Below are positions 23,072 through 34,640 of a stretch of DNA of 35,667 nucleotides, piece by piece. The notes under the pieces were generated by a model. The model saw only the letters and a list, made by a program, of their open reading frames with translations, searched no databases and was not told the DNA's origin. The position numbers and the translations under genes are program-made. The DNA comes from Catajapyx aquilonaris (taxonomy: Eukaryota). The stretch is from positions 1 through 35,667 of the forward strand of contig JYFJ02004000.1 in assembly GCA_000934665.2 (NCBI GenBank), given 5' to 3'. Numbering within the stretch: position 1 is the stretch's first letter; each line of letters opens with the position of its first letter.

Positions 23072-26000
23072 TTGTTCCTTCCTTCATTTGATTGTTTATT
23101 TACTCACTTATACTGCACATTTATTATTAACTAATTTTTTACGTTACCCCGTGATAAGGCTTAGCCTTTTTAGGGGGGTGGAATACCACCATTACTCTCC
23201 AATTTTCCTTTAACTTCATCACCGGTGCAAGGAGTCAAGGATGTAGGGTAGGGATAGGAATTTCTTTTGGGGAGGGAACATTGGTGCAAGTGCAATGTCG
23301 GTAAAGGGGTCATGTGCTGTCCCCCAGGAGGTTAGGTTGCCAGACACCTCCTTGGTGCAGGTGAGGGACCCTCCCGACGCAGGTGAAAGTAAAGTTCCCC
23401 AGGCGGGGATCGAACCTGGGGCCTTTCACTCAGCAAGCCGAGACGTTACCATCTCGGCCATCTACACCTCCCCATTATTAACTAATTCATTCATAATATG
23501 TACGTACATATAAAAAGTATTTTAAATGGTTGATAAATATTTCAGATCATTTTAGGCCTTCATTTACAGTAGGTGAAATGACAGCGTAATAATTTTTCTC
23601 CTGTTTTGATTGCAAAGGAAATAATATTAGCTGAGAGGCAGTTATGGGTCCAATATCTTTATAGCAGTGGACACACCACTTCTCCAATACCGGTACTGTA
23701 CTTTTTACTCATTATTCTGCAGTGGCCGCAACAGATTATTTTTTTAAATTTTACAATTTTACACCATGCACACAATATATTATTGAAGGTTAGTATTGGA
23801 TATTTTTAAAACTCCCGAGCATCCCGCTCATTTTTCCTATTCGTAATATTTATCAACTCCAAAATTCGCTGCTTATTATTTTAATATAGAAATTCTTGCT
23901 GCTTGCCATTCCCTCTCATTGAAGTTCTCCAGTGCTCCTAGAGTAACCTAGATTTTATGTGACGGTTTTATTTTTTTAAAAATCATATTTCAAGTAACCA
24001 ATATTTCGCTTCGTAAAACGTATACGTGATATAGATTGGTTCATAAATATTAATTAAACAGGGTAATCGTATCGATATTGTAAATTGCGATGTATATAAG
24101 TTAGCTATGAATACATTGCTTACTCGCCTAATTCAAATTACTTTTTGTCACTTCACATGAAACTGACCTTTTCTTTGCACTGCGATCTTTTGTAACGACG
24201 CCTTTACGACTGGCCTTGGACAAACGTAATGGTTATGTTAAAACAAAGTCGTCAACACGAACTGGGAGAAACTTTGGTCTGTTTTGCTTTCATCCCGTAA
24301 ATTATTGGCACAATAATTAATTTTCCAAAGGTTGGTCAAGGTCATTATTTTACATGTTAGAGCTTTTGAATCATGTCGCTGCTTAGTCAGAATAAGCAAT
24401 ATTATTGTAGGCCTCAAAGCAGATTCCACGCTTGCCACAAATTTCAGGCAATGTGTAAAACACAGTTCCATCGCATGCTGTATACCGCATCACTGTTCAG
24501 CCTAAGAAGCTGTGTATTGTTTACCGCAGTAACTAAACTAATGGAAAAATTAGGCCCACTCTGCTTTATATTGCGATTGTCAATTTACCTGAATCTGGTT
24601 TCTGAAGTGAATACACCATGTTCCTTCAAACTGGGGCCAAAATTGGCAATTAAAATTAATTAGGTGGTAATCGATCTTAACTCCAAGGGAGGCTAATACT
24701 GTGTGCTCACGCGAAAGACGATGACTATTCAAAATGCGGTGCGTGAAGTGCTGACTGGCTAGTCCAACTTGCGCACAATACGTATAAACAAACTGGATAT
24801 GCTTTCAGCAAAATAATAATCGCACGAGACTGCAAAAATGTGGGATGAGACGCAATGTCATTCACGTAACAAAGTTTATTATGCGCGCACCTAACACAAG
24901 ATCAAAACAAATGGAGGAAGAATAATATTAAACCTGCACAGCCCAGGGCTAAAACCGGCAAATTAATGTGTATGAACGACGCTACAACAGCAACACATTA
25001 ATGTCATTTACAGCAGTGGGGAATCCACAGCAATATATGTGCACATTAGTTTGATGCAAACGGCTAATTATTTTGTCAAAAGAAGTTTTGCAAAAAAAAC
25101 ACGAGAAATATGCCTTGATTGACGGCCGATTGTACTGTACGATAGCAAATTCGCGAGGAAACTTCCGTGTTTCATAAAAATGCATCGGTTTTTTTTACAG
25201 TGCATCTCATGATGTAATGCAACTCGTTTTTTAAAGACAAACTAATGCACATATGTAATAAGTCTCTTATTACACAATCACAAACAGTCACATTTCGATG
25301 AACGCTGAATTAGACATTGGCGAATTTTAGCACATTGTCTGACGATCTCAAAAATCATGTTCAAAAGAGAAATATGGTTGTCTTTAACTTTTTAATGACA
25401 TTTTCAGATGAGGCATATGACCGATGCAGGGGACTGAATAAGGAGGAGATCTCCCCGTGTGTGATCAAACTGATCGATGAGCTTCGACCTATGATTATTG
25501 AAGGTTTGTACTCTTTATGTTAAATTTTTCTCCGTGTGTTGGTCACGGACCTGTTATATTGTAGTACCATAAATCGAATGCGATGATGATAAACTGTTAT
25601 ATACGGGCAGGTATTCCGGAGCTGGGAGTGACGACGGACGATGTTCCGGTCGAAGACCTTTACTTCTCGGAGAAAAGCTCCGACAATTACATCACGGCCA
25701 ACTTCTTCGACGCCAAGGTCAAAGGCTTCCACGACATGCACATGGTCAAGCTCGAGTAAGTGTGCAACCACATTCAACTTACTAATCATTCACTATTCCC
25801 CGTTCAGTAGCCCGAAAAATAAACAAAAAAACATATCTACAACATGTCACATGTGAACGAGTGATTAGATCTCCTGGATAAGGCAGTCACTTTAATATTA
25901 CGTAGCACTACAAAGAGGTCATATTCTACGACACAAAGTATGGCTATATATCCTGATTATTGACTAACCCAAAACCTGTCAATTATTTAATTAATTACCG

Positions 26001-28754
26001 ATTATTTTAACTATCAGCGATTATGTTCTTTAACGGCACGGAAGTACTGTTTCATCAATATTTACGCAATGATTAATGCAAGTATTGCACATAAACATCT
26101 CGTCCTATACTGTCGATAAAATCAAACCGGAGTAACATTGCGTAATCTATCTAATTTAATGTAGGTAATAGTGTGTAGCCATACAATTATTGGATGTATG
26201 ACGTTAAGAGTGCCGATTACACCAGTTGGCATCATTAATTGCATAATTAATATTATCATGTGATTCCTGACATGCAAAATTAATAGCAAATAGAATGATT
26301 CGTAATCCGGATGGAAATATAGTGCTCGTTCAAGACGTCATAACATGACATAACTCGATATAATTTTCTTGTCACGCATAACATAATATGCCAATGCTGT
26401 AGTCAAATTAATTGCAAATTGTGTGTTGTCCGAATCAGTTTTTCTACAACTCAGCAGCAAATCAAACGAAGGAAGTTGTTTTTTCCGTTATTTTATTGTT
26501 CGATAACTGTATGTTTGCACATCGTGAAATAATGGGCGTGACATAATACTGCAGCATCACAAGTGTTGCTGCGGGTGTTACATCAAGGCCATTTTACAAC
26601 TGGTTTTTATCACGAACTAGGCTCATCAATTATGTAATTATAGGAAATTGTGCATGGGTGTGTGACATTTTCGCATTTTACATAATATATATAATTGAGA
26701 CCTTGCCTGACAGTCAGTTTTCACTCTCGATAAAATAATATTCTAGTTTTTTAACTTAAGCTGCAATATTAGTGCTAGCAGGATAGCGCATGCGCAGTGG
26801 ACATGATAGAGCCAGGAGCTTACGTCTACCTGAATATCTCAGGATGATGATGATGATCACAAGTTCCTGTTGGAAAATGAAGCTGGCTATTTGGACAGTG
26901 ACTGCAGGATCCAATAACACTTCATTTGATTACTACTGTATTTTGGCTTAACTGCATTTGAATTTCTATTTTCTCAGCATCGATTACGACAAGAAGGTCG
27001 CTGATTGGGCCATCTTGTACCCTGAGTACTTCTTCAGCGGAAAGTACTTCCTGGACGCCAACATCCTTTTCTTTCCTCTGCAGGGAAGGGGCACATGCTG
27101 GTTCAAACTCAGTGAGTACAATATAATATACACACACTTCACTTGTTAGAATTCTCGTGTGATAAAATATAATAATAAATTATGTCCTCACGTACACACG
27201 TGATGTACTGTAGACGACGGTTCCCTGAATATGTCGGTAATCCGTATTGAAGTCAGTTAATCAGATAATATTCGTGATTAAATCAAAGTACTAATCGAAT
27301 AATTTTGTAGGACTCTGATATCGCACAGTGTACCCATACAAGGTGTTCCAAATTGAAATTTTTTTACTTAGCGATTTTCAGCACTAAGCTGCTTATTTTT
27401 AGCAGCCGTTATAAATTTTGAACAGCAAATTGTTATTAAAATTGTTAACTACTGGTATGACTGTATTGGTATTAGGAGACATTGACCTATTATTTTGTCT
27501 AAATCGTGCCAGTGGCTGCCTGCTTTGCAAAAAAAATAATTAAACATTGTATCTACGGTTCATGCCAGTTGTTCCAATATGGCCAATGAGAAATGTAATA
27601 CTGTAGTATTTCAAAGCTAAGTAAATTATTAGTTCTTCATGATATCGCCAGTTAATAAATTTGATTACTACGTACTCAAAAGTAACTTAAAAAACATAAG
27701 TGCTAAAATGAGCAAAACTTGCATTTAAATTTTAACAGGCACTGTGATCTGCTTGCCGTAGTCGACTCATCACTCCATAAAATAATGTGAATGGAATATT
27801 TTGTTTTGTCTCATGTGAAGTTCTGATAGGTGTAAACAGACAGAATATGTCTACCCAAAAACCTAAGACGATTAAAGCGAAAAATTTACAATTTTTCGCT
27901 TTAATCGTCTTAGGTTTTTGGGTAGGGTACTTATGTAGGCCTACTACTTATGTACTTATGTACAGTAGGTTATAAACATGCGAGTTTTTGAGGACAAGTG
28001 GATGCATATATATGTTTAGAATAATATTTAAAAAATAATAATTACCGGCCATGTTTTCCAATTATTTTAGACGACCTGACGCTGATGGGTATTAGCAAGT
28101 TCGACATCGTGGACATTGATGGCGTCCCCCGCGTGCAGGAATTGGACACGGATTTCTCCTTCTCCTACAAGAACATTTCTGCCAGGCTAAACAACCTCTT
28201 CGATGGCGACCCACTGCTGGGTGAGGGTCATCAGACGCGAACTGACGTGACATGACATGACATGACGCGACGATTTCTGATTATACATTGTGGTACTAAT
28301 CTTATAGGTATATCACTGTTTGGCAGTGCAAAAATTACCATGGCAGTTTGACGCTGTCACAATGAAAGCATATAGTCCCTCTTTTCCCAAATCTATATGT
28401 CCGTAACAATAATATTATAAGAAATGTTCTCGTGCAAATTCGCCTTCATCAGATACCTTGCTGCTATAGGGTAGGTTGCAAGGGACGGGGGTTCTCTTAC
28501 TTCTTACAGACAGCTACAAGTATTAATTTTTTATGGCTTCTGTGATTGAACTGTGGCTAAACCGCACCTTGCAATCACTTTTTCCAGCCCAAGCAGGCGC
28601 AGTGTTTGTGAACTCGAATGTCGACGTCATGATCGACGAGCTGAGACCGTCGGTGAGAAGAAGCTTCTCGGAGATTGGCGGAAACACCATCAACAGGATT
28701 TTCGCCAAGATAAAGCTGGAGGACGTCGCCGGATACCAGCACATACTCAAATAA
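22934..28754 (+). CDS. Takeout/JHBP-family protein, paralogue C (252 aa)
   Basis: Exons 22934-23000 (signal MKVLVTLVICLVSCGFA), 25408-25503, 25611-25755, 26978-27111, 28071-28220 and 28588-28754. Architecture is identical to A and B. Motifs GIPELGVTTDD and LNNLFDGDPLL are present and the frame is open. Confidence 0.92.
23027..23072. repeat. (TTTA)n microsatellite
   Basis: About 11 TTTA units in gene C intron 1. Confidence 0.9.
23137..23473 (-). mobile_element. Full-length tRNA-derived SINE
   Basis: Minus-strand head with A box TGGCCGAGATGG and B box GGTTCGATCCC, and a short A tail. 14-bp TSD ATTATTAACTAATT at 23123-36 and 23474-87. Confidence 0.88.
27851..27925. repeat. Perfect 36-bp-stem, 3-nt-loop palindrome (probable minimal TA-flanked MITE)
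   Basis: CTACCCAAAAACCTAAGACGATTAAAGCGAAAAATT-TAC-exact reverse complement. Confidence 0.9.
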
Positions 28755-29023
28755 ATCATTAGCATCTACTAATGAGACAGAATGTTATTTTGTGCAACTG
28801 ATGTTTGCCGCTGTTTTCCCTCTCTTTGTTGTTGAGGGTTCAAACTGTACAAATGTATTAGTTCCAATATAAATGGCAAACTTCGCAAGAATATTCATTG
28901 AACCTTACCGTATACCAATGATATACAGTATTTACACTAATGAGGTACTACTGGTTCAAATACTTTTGACCACTTTATCCTATAGTCTTGAAGCAACCCT
29001 TCCGACAGACCCCACTTTAAGGA

Positions 29024-29047
29024 GGTGTGTGTGTGTGTGTGTGTGTG
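29024..29047. repeat. (GT)n microsatellite
   Basis: About 12 GT units. Confidence 0.9.
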
Positions 29048-29597
29048 GGAAGGGTTGCTTCAAGACCAAGATAAAGTGGCCAAAAGTATTTGAACCTGAT
29101 AGGTACTAGTACGTTATATGTACTGTACTGTACTGTATGTAATAAGATGCAAGCGATGTTCCGTAACGACGGAGGGGACACTTTAGTGGATTCCAGAGCA
29201 ACGCAGCATATTTAGGCCTATAATTATGCATTAAGATGCACGATAATAATTTACTCATATCTCGTTACCGAGACAAGTCAGCTTCAATGACTGGAATAAG
29301 GTGACAAAGATCCTCACGGTTAAACATCCCTCCAAGCGACCATGCCATTTAAATTATTATTTTTTTGCTTATTCTATTGTATACGTGTGACTGAATCAGT
29401 TTGAAACATCATATAAGTTATACATGCACCATATGTCTACACTCTTTAGACTTTTTAGAGTCCATAGTGTACGATCTAGATTTGGGGTCAAGCGACACAT
29501 TATTATTTTACAAAATAATACCCCTTTTGCAGTCAGCGAGTACAAACTTATGCCATAAATAAAGGCTTTGAACAATTTTTAGTATACAGACTTTCAG

Positions 29598-29622
29598 TAG
29601 TAGTAGTAGCAGTAGCAGTAGC

Positions 29623-29668
<46 letters not shown>

Positions 29669-29874
29669 ACAATAGGATACCCCGTGAGAGGCTTCCATGG
29701 GCCTTGTAGTGGATCATCTTATAATTACCCAACATTAATCATTGCCTGCGCTGTGATGGATTTTGATTGTGGGAGGAAACGGGAGAGCCCCGAGAAAACC
29801 TACGTGAGCACGGAGAGAACACATCACAACTCTATCCGCATAAGTATCCTCTGTTCCATCTGGGGATCGAACTC
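29598..29874 (-). mobile_element. tRNA-derived SINE with V-domain-like core and (TAC)n tail, 5'-truncated at the B box
   Basis: Minus strand: B box GAGTTCGATCCCC (29862-74), core GTTCTCTCCGTGCTCACGTAGGTTTTCTCGGGGCTCTCCCGTTTCCTCCCACA resembling the V-SINE conserved domain, and a trinucleotide tail at 29596-29668. Confidence 0.75.
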
Positions 29875-29881
29875 GGACGTC

Positions 29882-30035
29882 GGGATAGAGTTTCGATGGG
29901 TTCTCTCCGTGCTCGCGTGAGTTTTCTCGGGGCTCTCACGTTTTAGACTTTTTCGAGAAAAAAAGTCTTATAAAATGACTCTGTCTGTCTGTCTCTTTAT
30001 ATGGGAGCGGCACGGTGCACCGTGCCGCCCCCATC
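29882..30035 (+). mobile_element. Inverted partial SINE core plus Helentron/HINE-like fragment and GC-rich palindrome
   Basis: 29882-29944 is a diverged inverted copy of the SINE core. It is followed by an AGACTTTTT..AAAAAGTCT hairpin, (CTGT)n and the palindrome ATGGGAGCGGCACGGTGCACCGTGCCGCCCCCAT. Confidence 0.55.
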
Positions 30036-31320
30036 TACAGACTTTCAGAATAAATAATTATTAAAATCGTAGCAAATTATAAAGGGAATGTTGGAACCTC
30101 CGTGTGTTTAAATCATCATAATTATACTGTACATTACGCAGTCGGCAGTACACAATATAATGCAATAAAATCCTGAACTCCTCTAGTTGCCATTATGGTC
30201 AAGTATTGTACCTCACCTTGTTCGTACAATATCTGGAAATTATCGGGTGTATGCTCCATTATCATACCAAAATCTTATATTGTACAGTAACAATGTACTG
30301 TACAGTACATATGGTTTGTATGTATGCAATACAGTAAGAATAGGACGTATACCCCTTTTCTAACGGGGAAAATTGATTTGAGTGTTCAAAGGGCCTCCTG
30401 GAACGAATGAAGTTCGAAGCACGAAGCATCACTCTATTTAAATAGCTGCAGGAAGAATAAATTCATCTGTCATAGTCTACACCAGCCCCAGGACACTTCT
30501 AGTGCATTCTGATCTTATCGCCTGCCGAGGCGTTTTGCAGAAGGTGGGTGGGAGTGACCAGACCTGAGTCTTCTAAGATCATGATCTACACAGTGCGACT
30601 TCCAGTCAAAGTATAGTGTATTGCGTCACAACTCACAAACATCCCATTGTAAAACTGTAGATATGCCACATGCTTCAGTAAAAAATTCTTAACGACCCTC
30701 AATTAATTATCAGTGTTAATTCTCTCGACAACGTCATAGTCATTTTTGTGACGTCACGTTTCCAGAATCAAGAGTGTCTTTGCCTGGGTATACCGTGCGA
30801 AATCATTCAAGAACTTTTGTAAGTACGAATACGCAATCCCTATAATGCTGGCACGTGTAATGTAGTGTGCTATTCCAGTCATCAAATTAACACAACAAAA
30901 AAAACGGCGTCAAAATACTGCATTACGTGAAAAGGTGACAAAAATGACAGCTTCCCATTTGTGCAACAGTAGCGACAATATATCATTTCTAGTGAACTGT
31001 TACGATCTAGAGAAACAGTATTACCTATTTGATCTTTCTGGTTGATAATAAAATCCGCAACATCATAAAACGATATCATGTGTTTGAAGAGCAGTTAATT
31101 ACTTCCTCGGAGCGAATTGTGACCTTAGCGTGACTCCAAAAGAGTCCAGAAGGATACACACCAATAAAGAGGGAGAGGGAGATGGGTAAAAAAAAGAGAG
31201 TATAAGGTTAGTACACAGTAATTGAAGGTTGGAACATACATTCACGTGGGATGACGTCAAGGTACTCAGGCTTTGATGTCTTGTCCGGGTGAAAAATAGT
31301 GTTCAGCAGCACAGCGTGAG

Positions 31321-34222
31321 ATGGGTCCCACAGCAGCAGCACTTCTTTTGGGCCTGGTCCTCCAGGCCTCAGCCGTCACTCTGGGTAAGATTTACAGGGT
31401 GATCCATATTGCTCAAGTCCGCTATTCAAATGGGAATCCCTTGATCTACTGCCAAAATGTGGTTTCTCTCGCTTATTAAACCGGTAGTTTAGACCATCAT
31501 GCCGAATCACTTGGGCACCTTTTTTATTGTATTTTTTTTATTATTTCAGAGGAGGCTTATCAGACATGCAAGGGAATACCACGCGACCAGGTCGAGTCCT
31601 GCACCATCAAAGTGATCAAGGACTTGTCGCCTATTATTGTCGAAGGTAATAATAACTCAACATGAGGTGTTAGTTGTTTTTTTTCAAATCAAGGTTGCGG
31701 CTGATAATGGTGAGATTATTTAGCAAGAAAAGAACTCTCGAATGCACGCATACACGTAATGTCTCACTAAACGGCGTTTAGATTAATCCTCTGCTACTAA
31801 CCTGGCGTGACCATCAGTATTATACTATCATTGGCCGTCATAAATTCCCCGTGCCATAAAAATGCCAAGTAATAAGCCTTCAACTATAATATTTCCGGCC
31901 TTGAATGTAACAACACTGTGCCATATATCGCTAATGTCAGGATTTTTCCGACACACGCGGACATTTATGAACATAGTCTACTAATATGATAGAAAAATCT
32001 ATTAACTGAGAGAAAAGTGTTAGTTAACAAAATCAGTTTAATGGTTCACGTTTTTGAAAATTACGAGCAAACAATTTATGTATATAATTCGTGAATATTT
32101 TCATCTCGGTTAATTGAGCATTTCACGTGATAAATCGTATACTCAAGATGTTACGTCTGGGCACTAAAGCATTTCAAACATTTACATTATTTTGTTTATG
32201 AGTGATCCGTGATGGAATAAACAACAACAACAACAACAACATCACGACATTTCCCTATGAGGGGTAGTCAGCGATGAAGGGAGATGCAAGCTAACCCAAC
32301 ATATGAACTAATAAAACACATGAGAAAGAACCTAAAAACAACCTGTCCCACCCCCCACCCCTGCCCACCTCAGACATCAGATGGAATAAACACATCGTAA
32401 AATTTACAACAGCCATTAAATTGGTTGATGCGTGACTTGCACACTCGCACTGACAACAATTACTTTACATAATGGAGTAAAAACATGCGCGTCAGGTGTA
32501 CGACACATTTTTTTACAGAAAATTTCGAGTTGCAAGCAGATGTACTTGAAACACAAAGTTGTAATTAACTGGCGTGTAATTAATATGACAGCGCATGATT
32601 AATTGCCTTCTTGCGCAACTTTCCCTGACTCATATGCTATTAACCAAAACAGTGAAGTTACCATTGAAAAATCAGCCATAAAATAACGAATTAACTCTAA
32701 ATAAATAACGTAAGGTACAAAAAGGAAATAGTGTCTTTCAAAATTAACTAATTAAATGTGAAAGTATGTTCGATTGCAATTGCCAAGTATAATATTTATG
32801 AAATTTAAAAAAAGCGCCCATCAGTGTTAACAATTCCGAAACACAACCGAGTTGATAACCTGACTTTGTGCTGATATAATTATGTTAGTTATGCAGTAGA
32901 ACGTATCATTACGAACACAATATTATTTCTCGATTTAGATATGCAATCAGGTCAATGCGTGTCTATAGGGATTTTTTGTTGGTTTCACCAACATTGTGAG
33001 CCGGTTTTACACAAGGTTCAATTTACTGCGTGCTGCTGCTGCCTAATGATCTTAATGGAAAAATCGTGTGCAAAAATTTCGAAACCTTCCTGATGTTGAA
33101 CTTGTAATTACTTTGCTATTGTGACCAATAATTTCAAGGCATCCCGAAGATCGAGCTGACCACCGACGATGTGGTGATGGGTGACCTGGAATTCGACGAG
33201 AGGTCAGGAGACAACTACATTGCGGCCACCTTTTACAGCAACAAGGTCAAGGGATTCCACGAACTCCAGCTCGTCAATATCAAGTAAGGTTTCGGAAATA
33301 TTAATAACTGAACTAATACACTGGTAATAATTTTTTTTCAGTTGCCTCTCATGCACTCTAAATGAATATTCAATTCCGCCACATCCACTTTCATAGTTAC
33401 ATCGTTTCTGTTTAGTGCCATTAAGTGATGTTTACAACTTTACAACTAGGCATTTTTTGCACGCAATTTCGTAGAAATCTCTTATGTAAGTGACTAGTTT
33501 GTACCGTGCAATTTCAATATTTAATTGCAGTTTTTGGAATATCAGGTGACGTGCAAATTGCGCGAGGTGCCACTCTTTCAGTTGTAAGTGAGGAGATTGT
33601 GCTATTGAATGCATGATGGCTGAATACTAAAACGAATATAATTAAATGAATGAATGAGCTATTCAGTTTAGACTTAGAGCCATATAAAATTAACTCCCAA
33701 GAAGACAGGATGGCAACGAATGGTGTACTACATACATTTCATAATATTATATTTTGCACATTTACACAGGTTAGATTACGATAAGCACCAAGCCCACTGG
33801 GAGGTTGTGATGCCAGATATTTTCACTTCGGGTCAGTACAAGATGGACGCCTTGATACTATTCTTCCCACTCAGGGGCGTTGGAAGCTGCTGGTTCAAAT
33901 GGAGTAAGTAGCATCCGTACATATTACGGTATGGACTGTAAGGAATGGGTAGTTATGCGAGCAAGGGACCAGGACTACTAGATTTCTTTTAAAAAAACCT
34001 TTGCCTCCTTGCTCCTTGTATTGTCGACTCCTTTGAATGCTTTTTTTTTTTGTAACCGACATGACCTTACAGAGAACATGAAGGTAGAGGGCGACACCGA
34101 GTTCACAGTGGAGAAAATTGACGGCGATTGGCGCCTGCAGGTGGTGGACACTCTTTTCAATTTCACCTACGAGAACATTACCGGAAGACTCAACAACCTC
34201 TTCGACGGAGACCCGCTTCTCA
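31321..34222 (+). CDS. Takeout/JHBP-family protein, paralogue D (partial; last exon not in window)
   Basis: Exons 31321-31384 (signal MGPTAAALLLGLVLQASA), 31550-31645, 33139-33283, 33770-33903 and 34073-34222 have the same lengths and phases as the other paralogues. Motifs GIPKIELTTDD and LNNLFDGDPLL are present. No exon-6 homologue was found in 34223-35667. Confidence 0.88.
32224..32379 (-). mobile_element. 5'-truncated retroposon (LINE/SINE 3' end, RTE-like) with (TTG)n tail
   Basis: 13-bp TSD GATGGAATAAACA at 32211-23 and 32380-92. The minus-strand 3' end reads CCCCTCATAGGG hairpin followed by GATGTTGTTGTTG. Confidence 0.75.
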
Positions 34223-34409
34223 GTGAGTGATTTACACAAATTGTCCACTACATAATGGGGGAAAAGAATTTAGCATTTTATTCCACCTATTAACGTGACA
34301 CTTTCCACTTAAAACAGATGCCATTACCTTTATCGCTTAAATCGACCGTTTCATTATTAAAATCGGGAAATATTCTTTGTTCATTTACGTATAATTGATT
34401 TTTCTCATG

Positions 34410-34640
34410 CAGGGTGTTCCAGGTTCGTCACTTTTTGATAAATGATATCGTATGATAGCAGTTATTTTTGTAGCTTGTTGTGCCCCATTCACCGTGGACC
34501 CATCCTATATTCGACCCACTCGGGGTCGAACATAGCAGGTGCTATGGCACATGGTTAGGCGCACAACAAGTTACAAAAAAATAATTGCTATCGGGCGATA
34601 TCAGGTATCAAAAAGTGGCCTACGAACCTGGAACACCCTG
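34410..34640. mobile_element. Foldback MITE with CAGGGTG termini in gene D intron 5
   Basis: Perfect 19-bp TIRs CAGGGTGTTCCAGGTTCGT / ACGAACCTGGAACACCCTG and degenerate arms running to a central TTCGACCC..GGGTCGAA hairpin. No clean TSD. Confidence 0.8.

Noticed and set aside
23395..23473. tRNA-like sequence with A and B boxes
   Set aside because: It is the head of a TSD-flanked SINE, not a standalone tRNA gene.
29508..29735. Poly-Leu ORF (and poly-Val ORF at 11638-11976)
   Set aside because: Translations of trinucleotide microsatellites.
21708..31520. Isolated TACAGGG(T/C)G-type starts at ~21708, ~27337 and ~31393
   Set aside because: Probably decayed Tc1/mariner ends, but no convincing partner TIR or TSD, so boundaries cannot be supported.
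34400..34440. TTTTCTCATGCAG as acceptor for gene D exon 6
   Set aside because: It is the MITE left end. It gives a stop after 8 codons and has no similarity to exon 6 of A-C.
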